A stretch of 64,000 nt of DNA from Macrostomum lignano (GCA_002269645.1 NIVC01002701.1:84834-148833), one strand, 5' to 3'. Shown: positions 1-10,387, counted from the first letter of the stretch. The notes: a model not told the origin generated them from the sequence alone. A program made the numbers and translations.

Positions 1-640
1 TGTCACCGGATGTACACTAGAGCGGAGAGCCATCAGACAGGCTGGAAGGAAGGTGTCCCAGTCGTTGTGGTTTCGCTCGAGGAGGCAGGTGAGAACGCTC
101 TTCAGCTGCTTGTTGAGGTTCTCGACTGACCATTTGAAGCTGGATTGTACGGTGTTGTCGTCGTATGCCGGATGCCAAACAGGTCGCAGAACTTCTTGAA
201 GCTGAGCCGTGAAATTGGTTCCTTGGTCAGTGTGTATCCAGCATGGTACACCAAAGTCAGGGATCAAGCGCTCCTGCAGGATCTTGATGACCGTCTTGGC
301 TTTCTGGTTCCTCATCGGATAGGCGAACGGGTACTTCGACGTCGCGTCGCACAAGGTCAATATGTAGCGGTTCCCACTCTTGCTCCTCTGGGCAATAGGG
401 CCTACTTCATCGCAGTGTACTCTTCCTAGTACTTCGCAGACTGGGAAGCTTTGAACTGGAACTTTGTCTCGCCTTCGCGATTTGCTTTCGAGACAGGCAC
501 GACATCTGCTGATAAAATTCTCGGTGACGCGGGCTAATCCGGGCCGCCAGAATCTTTCTCGCAATCGTTTCAGCGTTTTTGTCTGGCCTAGGTGACCACA
601 CAGTGGCGAACTGTGGAGCTCCTGGAGCACCTGGGCCTCG
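1..640 (-). pseudogene. pol: Gypsy integrase (zinc finger and catalytic core), frameshifted, runs off the window
   Basis: Minus-strand frames give LHSSPLCGHLG..., WIHTDQGTNF, TTPYNPASNGQVENLN and DWDTFLPACLMALRSSVH; several frame changes between ~400 and 650. Confidence 0.85.
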
Positions 641-3461
641 AGGGCTTCGGGCAGGACAACCTTCGGGACTGCTGACCGTCAGTTAGGTCGATCATCAACA
701 AGTCGTCCTCCACTCGCAAATTCTCAAAATAACCGAGCAGGTTCCGCTGCTCCTTCGACAGGCGCAATCGGGCATCAAACTCTGGCTTCGGGGCTTCGTT
801 CTTAACCAGATTGAGCACGTAGCTGATAGCTCGGTCGGCGCGCTGCGCGTCGACAAACTGTTGCCGCGTCATCGGCAACCTCAGAAAATCCGTGAGCACA
901 GCGCGGCATGGCTGAGGGGTCATGACTCCCGCAGTCTCCGCTTCTTTGGCTCGCAGTTGATCACACGACTCCGTCTTGTCGGCGTCAGGATTAGGTCGCT
1001 CCGAGGGACTTTGTCTCACAACGTCGGCGTACGATCGCTGATCCCGTTTCGAAGTTCTCATCGTCGCTCTCTTGACAGGAATTTCTGCAGCTGGAGCAGT
1101 GCACTTGCCTCCACTGCACAGCCCAGGCGACTCTTGGCTGTAGGGCGAGACGCAACACGTGAAGCACGCCTCGTCGCAGGCAGCCGTAGCCGTCGGCTCG
1201 ATCATCGTCGTCATTGGGTGAGTCTTCTCCTGCACTGGGCGGTGTCGCAAAGGGGGACTCGACTTTCCGCACAGGCGATGAGCAGCTGTCTGTCGGCTCG
1301 GGGGACAGAGCGTTGACCTTGCAGCCGTCGCGAGAGTCTGGCCTCTGTCAACACGGCGAGAACTCTCAGCGCAAAACTCCGGGGAGTTGAACTTACATTG
1401 CTGGTCTGGATTCGCGTTGTGGGCTGTCATCAGGAGGGCTGCTTGTTCAGTGGCCTCTGAGTCGTAGTCCATGGGCGTCTCCAGGTTCCGAGACCCGCAG
1501 TCTTGGACATCATCAAGGAAGTCTACGTCAGCAGTGGCCTCCGAGGTTTTGTCCGGGCGAATCTCCAAGTAACAGCAGTCGGCGTGGGCGTCGCTGCGGA
1601 GGGCTGAGGTGTCAGTGGCCTCCGGGTTGGTGTCCAAACCGGTCTCCTGGCGTTGACTGCGGCGATGGTCGTCGTGCTGAAGGGCTGCTGGCGCGGTGGC
1701 CTTCAGGTCTTCGGCCAGGGCAGTCTTGGCCTCCTTGTTGCGAGTGCGGACCTTCTTCGAAAGGGCTGGTCTTGCAGTGGCCTTCCGGGTGGTGTCCAAG
1801 TCCGGCTCCAAGCTGGTGTCATCATCGTGTCGCGCTGCAGAACCGGGATGCTCAAGCAGTCGGCCATGTTCGAAGTCAACCGGTGGTGTCTCCGGGCGTC
1901 TTGACAGGGCGTCGGCGTTGGCGTGGTCCTTGCCTTTGCGATGGTGAAGCTGGAAGCGGAACTCGCTCAGTCGCTCAATCCAACGGCCCAAGATGCCTGT
2001 GACCTGCGTCTGGTTCAGCAGCCACAGCAAGGCCCGATGGTCAGAACGAACTTCAAACTTCTTGCCAATTAAATAATGACGGAAATGTCGCATCGCGTCC
2101 ACGATTGCAAGCAGCTCTTTCTTCGTGACCGTGTAGCGCTTCTCAGGATCACGAAGCTTCCGGCTAAAGAATGCAATTGGGCGCTCGACGCCGTCGGATT
2201 GCCGTTGTCCAAGACAAGCGCCTATGCGAATGTCTGAGGCATCAGTGTCTAGGACAAACTTCACATCAGGATCTGAGTTAAACTCAGGCAGAGCGAGAAC
2301 TTCAGTCGAACACAACTTCTTCTTCAACGTGTCGAACGCTACCTGGTGCTCATCAGTCCAATGCTGCCGCAGGCTGCCGATGTCCTTTCGAGTCAGGGCA
2401 TGCAGCGGCGCAGCAAATCCAGCGTAGCCGTTGACAAACTTGTGGTAGTAATTGGCGAGGCCTAGGAATTGTCTCAGTTGAGTAACGGACTGTGGCACGG
2501 GCCAATCACGGATCTGCGCAATCTTGTCCTCACAGGTCTTCAGGCCGTCGGGAGTCACGACGTGGCCTAGATAATGCAGCTCCTTGAGGAACAAATGGCA
2601 CTTCTTCGGCTTGACCTTGAGGTTGGCTGCGATAATCCGCTGGAGTACAGTCCGCAGGTTGTCCAGCTGCTCCTCGAAGGTCGCAGAGTGCACCACGATG
2701 TCATCCATGTAGCCAAGCGCAGTCTTTGGCGTCAGGCCGTCCAGGAGCTTATTGATGCAACGCTGAAAGCTGCCTGGACTATCGTGGAGACCCATCGGTA
2801 GAACATTGAAACAGAATTGTCCGCGGTCAATCACAGAGAACGCCGTCAGGTGCTGATCGCAGTCGCGCAGCGGGATCTGCCAGAATCCTTGAGCGAGATC
2901 CAAGCTAGAGTACCACTGGGCACCACGCAGCTTCGCGAAGGTCTCCTGAATGTGCGGCAGCGGGTACGGGTGGTACACACACTTGTCGTTGAGAGCTCTG
3001 AAGTCATGCACCAGCCTGATGTTGCCGTCCTTCTTGGGCACTATCAGCATTGGCGAGTTGTAGCTAGAATAAGCTGGGCGAATGATGTGCTTCGCCAGCA
3101 TCTCGTCTAGCAGGGCGTCTAGCTTGTCCTTTAGATGAGGCGGGATCCTGCGCGGTGGTAGCGCAACTGGTGTCCGATCCTTCAGGATGATCTCGTGGGT
3201 CACCAGGTGTGTCAGGCCAGCGTCTAGCAGGTGCTTCGAGAAGGCTGCTTGACACTCAACTAGTAGATCTCGCACTCTCTGTCGTTGATCTTCGGACAGT
3301 TCGCTGTTGATCTCGACTTCCTCTAGCCAAGCTGTGCTGGACTCTTCAGGGCTCCTTGGCAAATGTCGCACTTCAGGTTCCGGCGTTTCTTCCAGGTACA
3401 TCAAGTCGGCAGTTCTAAGTGGTGTCGCAACACCAACGCGGATGCCCGACTGCAGGAACAC
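588..3461 (-). CDS. pol: Gypsy Pol: reverse transcriptase and RNase H plus a long linker
   Basis: ORF contains PPRRIP, SPMLIVPKKDG, RLVHDFRALN, LDLAQGFWQI, PMGL, YMDD, FLGLANYY, DTDASD, ELLAIV, SDHRAL, HANADALSR. Confidence 0.95.
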   Translation of the reverse strand: MFLQSGIRVGVATPLRTADLMYLEETPEPEVRHLPRSPEESSTAWLEEVEINSELSEDQRQRVRDLLVECQAAFSKHLLDAGLTHLVTHEIILKDRTPVALPPRRIPPHLKDKLDALLDEMLAKHIIRPAYSSYNSPMLIVPKKDGNIRLVHDFRALNDKCVYHPYPLPHIQETFAKLRGAQWYSSLDLAQGFWQIPLRDCDQHLTAFSVIDRGQFCFNVLPMGLHDSPGSFQRCINKLLDGLTPKTALGYMDDIVVHSATFEEQLDNLRTVLQRIIAANLKVKPKKCHLFLKELHYLGHVVTPDGLKTCEDKIAQIRDWPVPQSVTQLRQFLGLANYYHKFVNGYAGFAAPLHALTRKDIGSLRQHWTDEHQVAFDTLKKKLCSTEVLALPEFNSDPDVKFVLDTDASDIRIGACLGQRQSDGVERPIAFFSRKLRDPEKRYTVTKKELLAIVDAMRHFRHYLIGKKFEVRSDHRALLWLLNQTQVTGILGRWIERLSEFRFQLHHRKGKDHANADALSRRPETPPVDFEHGRLLEHPGSAARHDDDTSLEPDLDTTRKATARPALSKKVRTRNKEAKTALAEDLKATAPAALQHDDHRRSQRQETGLDTNPEATDTSALRSDAHADCCYLEIRPDKTSEATADVDFLDDVQDCGSRNLETPMDYDSEATEQAALLMTAHNANPDQQCKFNSPEFCAESSRRVDRGQTLATAARSTLCPPSRQTAAHRLCGKSSPPLRHRPVQEKTHPMTTMIEPTATAACDEACFTCCVSPYSQESPGLCSGGKCTAPAAEIPVKRATMRTSKRDQRSYADVVRQSPSERPNPDADKTESCDQLRAKEAETAGVMTPQPCRAVLTDFLRLPMTRQQFVDAQRADRAISYVLNLVKNEAPKPEFDARLRLSKEQRNLLGYFENLRVEDDLLMIDLTDGQQSRRLSCPKPSRPRCSRSSTVRHCVVT

Positions 3462-3469
3462 CTCGCAGT

Positions 3470-4288
3470 CAGCAGTGTTGACACCTCGATGTAGCCTCGA
3501 CCTTCAGGCATCGTCATCAGAGCTGGAGCTGCTTCCAGAGTGTTGCAGCTGGGGTGCAGTCTCGACTTCACCAGCTCGACGATTGATGGCGATCCTCGGT
3601 TCTCGGGGTGGCCGACATCCAACTGGACGGCCAACAGCGCTGAGCTTCTCGGCGGCAGAGTGCACTTCTCGGAGGTGTACACCCGGCATGATTGAAGCTC
3701 ACGGCGCGAATATCGAACGGGAATGCACGCGCCATTGTTGAACTTTAGCATTCCTTGAGCGAAGTCCAAGTTCTGGCAGTGCTCACGCATGAAATTAATA
3801 CCAAGCAAATTTTCACAATCGGTGACCGTGACCAGGAATTCGGTGTCCGCGACGACATCACCGAACTCCACCGGGATGATCACCTTACACGCAAGGGGTA
3901 GCTGCGTACCGTCGTACATGGTCACGCAATCCGGGATAGCATGCGATATAATACAACGAGGCATCCGACGTCTAACATTGGCCCAGGTCGACGCTCCAAG
4001 AAAGTTTTTCCGACTGCCGCTGTCTAGTAGGAAAGGGACTTCTCGGCCCGCCAATCGGCCGGTGACGTACGGATCGGCCTCACGCGCATGGATTTTTTGA
4101 TCATCGGAGGTGTCCACGAAACCTCCGGGCTCCGCGCCACTTACTGACGAGCGACTGTCGGACTGGGCATTGGCGCCTGCGCAGCCGACATCCTCTTCTT
4201 CTCGTGACCTCTCGGAGTCTGCCAAGTAGCCGGGGCTTGGGCTCTTCGGAGGGCGGTGCCGTGGGCGCTCTCCGGCTGGCCGTTTCCC
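3470..4288 (-). CDS. pol: Gypsy aspartic protease followed by a degenerate dUTPase-like segment (-1 frame relative to gag)
   Basis: VPFLLDSGSRKNFL active site and LLGINFM flap motif. A 1-nt gap near 3480 separates it from the RT frame (YIEV[V]NTADCEVFLQSG). Confidence 0.85.
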
Positions 4289-5316
4289 TGGTTCTGGCGG
4301 AGCGGGCATTGGGCGTTACGGTGGCCTGGCTGACCACAGCCATAGCAGATCATGGCCTTCGTCGGCGGGCTCGTCTGCTGCTGCTGATCACGCTGAGCCA
4401 AGTCGCTGAGCAGCTTCTGCTGCTTCTCGAGTACTTCGGTCAAAGCCAACAGGGCTTGGGCAGTGGCGTCTGATATCGGGCGAGCGTCCTGCTCCCCGTC
4501 CAACATTCTAACCGGGGGTTGAGCGGAGCGCTGGGCCAGCTCTCTGGCACCTTCTAGACGGTGCAGCTCTCGAATTGCGGCAAGCAAGTTGTTTGGGCGC
4601 ACCCAATACAGTCGTTCTCGCAAATCTGGGGTTGTCCGCAGGCCGGCAAGGAACTGATCAGCCAGCTCCTTCTCGCAGTCCTCGGGATGCATCCTCGGGT
4701 ATGCACGCTCTCCTAGGGTGCGCAGCGAATCAGCGTACTCTTCTACGGACTCATTCTTGCCTTGCTGACGCCTCCTTAGAAGCTCTCGATACTCATCAGC
4801 GCCACCATGGCGCGCAAATCGCTCGATTAAACGCTGTTTAACCTCTTCGTAGCTGGCGAACCTTGGCAGATGCATGCTGAGCAGGGCCGGATACGCAGTA
4901 GACAGATCCAGACTCGCGATGAGGTGCTGCTTCATCTCGAACGGGTCGACGACTCGCTCCATCTCGCAACGCTGCTCGAACGCGGCAAGCCAGACATGAA
5001 TGTCCTGACTTGGAGTAAATTTAACAATCTTAATCTGTTTACTCACCGGTCGCTCTATTTGCTGCTGCAGCGCTGCCATCATGGTCCTCAGGTCCAATGG
5101 TCTGACGGTCTGGCCAAGGTCATCCAAGCCTCGCAGAAGCTCATCGGGCGGGTCCTCGGACACCTCGCTTCGTGCGCTTCGCCTCGGCGCGGGCCTCTGA
5201 CAGAAGTCACCGGTCGTTGCTGCTGCCGCGGCGGCGTCTGCTGCCGCAGGCCTCGAACTGCTGATGTGCTGATCCAGCCGGCTGCTACTCCGGCTCTCGT
5301 CTCGCTCGTTGAACAT
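4141..5316 (-). CDS. gag: Gypsy Gag
   Basis: Capsid-like region (RQQGKNESVEEYADSLRTLGERAYP, DQFLAGL) and CCHC knuckle CYGCGQPGHRNAQC. First ATG downstream of the PBS cluster is at 5316. Confidence 0.85.
   Translation of the reverse strand: MFNERDESRSSSRLDQHISSSRPAAADAAAAAATTGDFCQRPAPRRSARSEVSEDPPDELLRGLDDLGQTVRPLDLRTMMAALQQQIERPVSKQIKIVKFTPSQDIHVWLAAFEQRCEMERVVDPFEMKQHLIASLDLSTAYPALLSMHLPRFASYEEVKQRLIERFARHGGADEYRELLRRRQQGKNESVEEYADSLRTLGERAYPRMHPEDCEKELADQFLAGLRTTPDLRERLYWVRPNNLLAAIRELHRLEGARELAQRSAQPPVRMLDGEQDARPISDATAQALLALTEVLEKQQKLLSDLAQRDQQQQTSPPTKAMICYGCGQPGHRNAQCPLRQNQGNGQPESAHGTALRRAQAPATWQTPRGHEKKRMSAAQAPMPSPTVARQ
4282..4288 (-). promoter_or_regulatory. -1 ribosomal frameshift slippery heptamer G GGA AAC (gag-pol)
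   Basis: X XXY YYZ heptamer in the gag frame just after the knuckle; a -1 shift gives GKRPAGERP, the protease ORF frame. A GC stem CGGAG-A-GCG/CGC-C-CTCCG follows ~7 nt downstream. Confidence 0.8.
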
Positions 5317-5385
5317 GCTGATCTCGTAGCTGACCGAAAAGTCGTTCTCGAAAAAGGGCGGTTGGCTTGGGTGTTTCGAAGTCGG

Positions 5386-5564
5386 ATCCCACCGCTGCCA
5401 CCAGTGAAGTGTTTGTAGGTCTCTCTCGGGGTTGTCTCGAGGTGGCCTGGTAGGTCTTTGAATCCCACCGCTGCCACCAGTGAAGTGGTTGCTTGTACTT
5501 TCCTCGATAGCGTCTAGAGGTGGCCTGGTAGGTCTTTGAATCCCACCGCTGCCACCAGTGAAGT
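5386..5564 (-). promoter_or_regulatory. Three tandem tRNA-Leu primer-binding sites (5386-5403, 5460-5479, 5538-5557), each preceded by ACTTCA-C
   Basis: Minus strand TGGTGGCAGCGGTGGGAT(TC) is the exact complement of the metazoan tRNA-Leu(AAG/TAG) 3' end ...GAATCCCACCGCTGCCA+CCA; copies are 76-78 bp apart. Confidence 0.9.
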
Positions 5565-6628
5565 ACTCTGTTATTCCGGCTACTTCCCTGTCAGTCACGT
5601 GAGCTGCCTACTTTGAGCTCTTGGTAGACTCTCCCAGGAAGTCTTCTAGCAATCCTTGGTAGTGTTGGTAGTGCTGCCACCAGCTCGCTCGGATCTTGTC
5701 CTTCGGTGAGGGAGACTCCGGGCTGAGCGAAAGAAACGAGACACGAGAACTCAGCACGTCGTGCAGATTTGACCGTTTGTACCGGTGCACACCTCGTCAG
5801 CGGTCCTGCCGGGCTCAAGTGTGGGGATGAGGAACTGTGCTAGTCTCTGTTAGTTCGGTTGGGATTTAGCACACTCGAGGACACACAGCCGCAGATGGAT
5901 CAGAAATCAGATAGGTTGGCTAAGGCCTAGCGTAAGCTGCGCTGGACTTCCAACAGAGCAGTTATCAGAAGAACTAACGCACAGGTAAACGAGAGGTTTC
6001 ACAGAGGGGGCGGTTGCCAAACAGAGGCACGAGAGGCCCGTACTTATAGGGTAGCGGATCGGTTTCACCATACCGTGCAACACCCCATTGCGCCAGAGTG
6101 CGCAAGGCCGCTCTCACTGCCCCCAATCTGGCGTGAATCAGTTCTATTTTTAGAAACAGGCGCGGAACCCTCAATTTGAGAGGCAAGGACGCCATTCCTA
6201 ATTTAGAGCCTGACACCCGAGATTGCACAAGGCAGCGCAAGAAAAGGACAGAGCGCCGGGGCACGTGATCCGCTCCCGTACGGCCAGACAGAGAGTACAG
6301 CCAGAACTGGCTGGACTCGAGCCAAGAGAACGCAGCCACACAAAAAGGGGGGAAGGAGACAGACAAAGAATGAAACAAGGACAGGCCGAGCGGAGAAGCT
6401 CAGACGCTGGGAACGCAAACGAACCGGAAAAAGGGGGGACAAAAGGGAGCGCAGGCAGACAAAAGGACAACGAGGGAGGGAGAGGGAGAGAGAGGAGTGG
6501 GAGAGGGAGAGAGAGAGGGAGAGGGAGAGAGGGAGGGAGAGCTGCGGCCAGCGGCAGCCAACAGCTCAGGAGGGCGCAGGGCACAGCTGACAAAGGGGGC
6601 ACCTAACACTAAAGTAGTGCTCACTTCA
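5559..6628 (-). repeat. Putative 5' LTR of the Gypsy element
   Basis: Ends in ACTTCA next to the outermost PBS; TATAAG box at 6043-6048 on the minus strand; candidate TGAAGT start at 6628. The second LTR is not in the window, so boundaries are unverified. Confidence 0.5.
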
Positions 6629-7544
6629 CCAATAAGGGGAAAGGCGCTAAGAAAGGCGCCAATGAGGAGAGAGGCGCTAAGAAAGGCGCCAATGAAGGTG
6701 CCGATGGGGGCGGCGCGGTTGCTGAAGCTATCTTTCTTTTGCATGCAAGACTTATTGAATTGAATGATTCAATTCAATTGCAAAGAGATTCTTTGACTCA
6801 GTGAAGGATTGGATAATCTTTCATTATGCAGAGAAAAATATCAAATAATAATTTTAAAAAGTTCTTTCCGTTCATTTCTAGCTGAATATTCAGTTTATGA
6901 GCGTCAGATTTGACTTCTGTAATTTCATCTGCTATCTTGTGCGCTAAAAGTGGTTGAAATTTTAATCAGAAAGCCGCAAAGAAGAACCGCTTTGTAAATT
7001 AGTTTTGCTTCCAGTCCAAATTATCAAAATTTAATAGTCCATGTTATCCATTGGTCTATTATAAGCTATGAGTAAGCCATGTACGCTTGCTTCGCGAACT
7101 CCAGTACGAGTTATATCAATATTGAAGACCTTCAAGTGAACCGAAATTTTGTTCTCAAAGCTGATTTGAATTTTTCCATTATCAATTTCCATTATCCATT
7201 TTGTTGCATTAATTGATTGCATTTCCGTGCTTTCAGCAGAGACCATTCAATTCATTTCCTATAGAAAACAGCAGGCTCGAAAGCTTTAAAAAGGGATCTT
7301 AGCGAGTGTAATTCAGTAAAAATAATCCATTTTCAAACGGCAACTAATGCAACCGGAATGCTGTTTGTCGAAAAAATGATTAATTTGTAGCCTGGGAAGG
7401 CATTTCTGATGAGCTCATCAAATTTTCAGCTTCTTAACGTCAATTAGAAGGAAGATTAGTATCCAAATTCTGTGTGCTTTCGAGGTTATCTTGCTGACTC
7501 GGGTAAAGGCGCTTTAGATTGGATGGGGATGCTCAGTAGGATAA

Positions 7545-9476
7545 TATAAATGCTGAATAGGATAAAGATGCTGAGTAGGAAGAAGACGCTGAGCAGAATG
7601 GAGATGCTGAGCAGGATGAAGATGCTGAGAAGGATGATGAAGATGCTGAGTAGGATGATGAAGATGCTGAGTAGGATGAAGATGCTGAGCAGGATAAAGA
7701 TGCTGAGCAGGATGAAGATGCTGAGAAGGATGATGAAGATGCTGAGTAGGATGATGAAGATGCTGAGTAGGATGAAGATGCTGAGTAGGATAAAGATACT
7801 GAGCAGGATGAAGATGCTGAGCAGGATGAAGATGCTGAGCAGGATGAAGATGCTGAGCAGGATAAAGATGCTGAGCAGGATGAAGATGCTGAGCAGGATG
7901 AAGATGCTGAGCAGGATAAAGATGCTGAGCAGGATGAAGATGCTGAGCAGGATGAAGATGCTGAGCAGGATGAGGATGCTGAGCAGAATGGAGATGCTGA
8001 GTAGGATGAAGCTGCTGAGCAGGATGAAGATGCTGAGAAGGATGATGAAGATGCTGAGTAGGATGATGAAGATGCTGAGTAGGATGAAGATGCTGAGTAG
8101 GATAAAGATGCTGAGCAGGATGAAGATGCTGAGCAGGATGAAGATGCTGAGCAGGATAAAGATGCTGAGCAGGATAAAGATGCTGAGAAGGATGATGAAG
8201 ATGCTGAGTAGGATGATGAAGATGCTGAGTAGGATGAAGATGCTGAGTAGGATAAAGATGCTGAGCAGGATGAAGATGCTGAGCAGGATGAAGATGCTGA
8301 GCAGGATGAAGATGCTGAGCAGGATAAAGATGCTGAGCAGGATGAAGATGCTGAGCAGGATGAAGATGCTGAGCAGGATAAAGATGCTGAGCAGGATGAA
8401 GATGCTGAGCAGGATGAAGATGCTGAGCAGGATGAAGATGCTGAGCACGATGAGGATGCTGAGCAGAATGGAGATGCTGAGTAGGATGATGAAGATGCTG
8501 AGTAGGATGATGAAGATGCTGAGTAGGATGAAGATGCTGAGCAGGATAAAGATGCTGAGCAGGATGAAGATGCTGAGCAGGATGAAGATGCTGAGCAGGA
8601 TGAAGATGCTGAGCAGGATGAAGATGCTGAGCAGGATAAAGATGCTGAGCAGGATGAAGATGCTGAGCAGGATGAAGATGCTGAGCAGGATGAAGATGCT
8701 GAGCAGGATGAAGATGCTGAGCAGGATGAAGATGCTGAGCAGGATGAAGATGCTGAGCAGGATGAAGATGCTGAGCAGGATGAAGATGCTGAGCAGGATG
8801 AAGATGCTGAGCAGGATGAAGATGCTGAGCAGGATGAAGATGCTGAGCAGGATGAAGATGCTGAGCAGGATGAAGATGCTGAGCAGGATGAAGATGCTGA
8901 GCAGGATGAAGATGCTGAGCAGGATGAAGATGCTGAGCAGGATGAAGATGCTGAGCAGGATGAAGATGCTGAGCAGGATGAAGATGCTGAGCAGGATGAA
9001 GATGCTGAGCAGGATGAAGATGCTGAGCAGGATGAAGATGCTGAGCAGGATGAAGATGCTGAGCAGGATGAAGATGCTGAGCAGGATGAAGATGCTGAGC
9101 AGGATGAAGATGCTGAGCAGGATGAAGATGCTGAGCAGGATGAAGATGCTGAGCAGGATGAAGATGCTGAGCAGGATGAAGATGCTGAGCAGGATGAAGA
9201 TGCTGAGCAGGATGAAGATGCTGAGCAGGATGAAGATGCTGAGCAGGATGAAGATGCTGAGCAGGATGAAGATGCTGAGCAGGATGAAGATGCTGAGCAG
9301 GATGAAGATGCTGAGCAGGATGAAGATGCTGAGCAGGATGAAGATGCTGAGCAGGATGAAGATGCTGAGCAGGATGAAGATGCTGAGCAGGATGAAGATG
9401 CTGAGCAGGATGAAGATGCTGAGCAGGATGAAGATGCTGAGCAGGATGAAGATGCTGAGCAGGATGAAGATGCTGA
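7545..9476. repeat. 18-bp minisatellite (GATGCTGAGCAGGATGAA)n, ~105 copies, in globin intron 2
   Basis: Directly visible. It generates the spurious MKMLSR and LLSIFI ORFs. Confidence 0.97.
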
Positions 9477-9537
9477 CTACATACCTATCTATCAGGATCT
9501 GTACAAGTCCGCTATATCCCCAGCCGGCTCAGCTCAC

Positions 9538-9787
9538 CATGATGTACTCCGGTCGCACATGGAAGGCCTGATGCGCCCCGCCAAGTGACAGCAGCACGGA
9601 GTTGAGCATCAGGGTGTCATCCAGGCAGTCGACAGCAGCTCCCAGCGATTGCATCACTGCAATTCCGTGTCTTTCCACCTTTTCTCGATCGAATTTGCCC
9701 GCGTCTCTGCCGCTTGATTGACGGCTGGGGTCTGCAGCCATCAGTCTGTAGAACAGGTCCCTCACGTCCCGGTCAGTTTGAAATAGC
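9538..9787 (-). CDS. Globin exon 2 (helices C to G)
   Basis: AG acceptor at 9789-9788 and GTGAG donor at 9537. Translation LFQTDRDVRDLF(CD1 Phe)...VERH(E7)GIAVMQSL...LGGAH(F8)QAFHVRPEYIM; boundaries match the canonical B12.2 and G7.0 globin introns. Confidence 0.9.
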
Positions 9788-10387
9788 CTTGTTTTGGTGT
9801 TCGATGAAAATAAATGGATGAATGCTACCTGTTAGACACCTTTTTACACACTGATGGCATCTGTTAGATACCTGTTACATACACGGAGGTTGAGTGTTAA
9901 TTTAAAAAGATATTAGCATTGCCTTTTTAAACAAATAATTCCTCATATTTAACAAGAAACTTCAAACTTTATAAAAAAGTTCATGAAAACACTCATGCAG
10001 TTTAAGCACTAAACCGTAAAATTTCGTGGAAAATTCACTTGACTTCATAAATGGTAAGACAATAAATTTTGAATTTTTTGTAAGATAGCTCGATCACAGT
10101 AAGAAATCTATTGTTTTAGGAATATTGGTTTTTTTAAAAAGCTACTGAAATTCCTTTTCAGAAGCAAATTCCAGCGATCCGAGCTCACAAAGCGAATAGA
10201 AGAGGTGTCAAGTAACGCATGAGTGTGCGGTGCAATAAAACTGCCTCCGTTCATGCAGGAATCCAATCCTGCTTGCAGGGATACATCAGGAATAATAGCA
10301 TTGTGCTCATGCCATCTCAAAACATCTGAATACTACTAGCGAGCAATAAATGTGCTGTTAACCTTCCCGTGCACCCAGCTGTGACCA

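Larger units (their letters stand above)
1..6628 (-). mobile_element. Ty3/Gypsy LTR retrotransposon (5' LTR, PBS, gag, PR, RT, RNase H, integrase); 3' part lies beyond window start
   Basis: Domain order Gag(CCHC)-PR(LLDSGS)-RT(YMDD)-RH(DTDAS..SDH)-IN on the minus strand; tRNA-Leu PBS upstream of gag. The 5' boundary (6628) is a guess from a TGAAGT/ACTTCA terminal inverted repeat. Confidence 0.95.

Noticed and set aside
5386-5564. CRISPR-like array or tRNA genes
   Set aside because: Eukaryotic context with no cas genes; the spacers are diverged duplicates; only the tRNA 3'-end complement including CCA is present, which is a PBS signature.
5317-5790. Gag N-terminal extension with TAG readthrough at 5608
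   Set aside because: The region is the PBS-containing leader; the repeats fall in different frames and there is no ATG before 5316.
5802-5822. Alternative LTR end and PBS (CACA-CTTGAGCCCGGCAGGA)
   Set aside because: It lacks the TGG start and I could not match it to a tRNA 3' end; the Leu PBS cluster is far stronger.
6760-7250. Globin exon 3 or a transposase fragment
   Set aside because: No H-helix-like translation with an acceptor; the fragments are too decayed to assign.
7486-9571. 673-aa MKMLSR and 320-aa LLSIFI ORFs
   Set aside because: Translations of an 18-bp minisatellite inside a globin intron.
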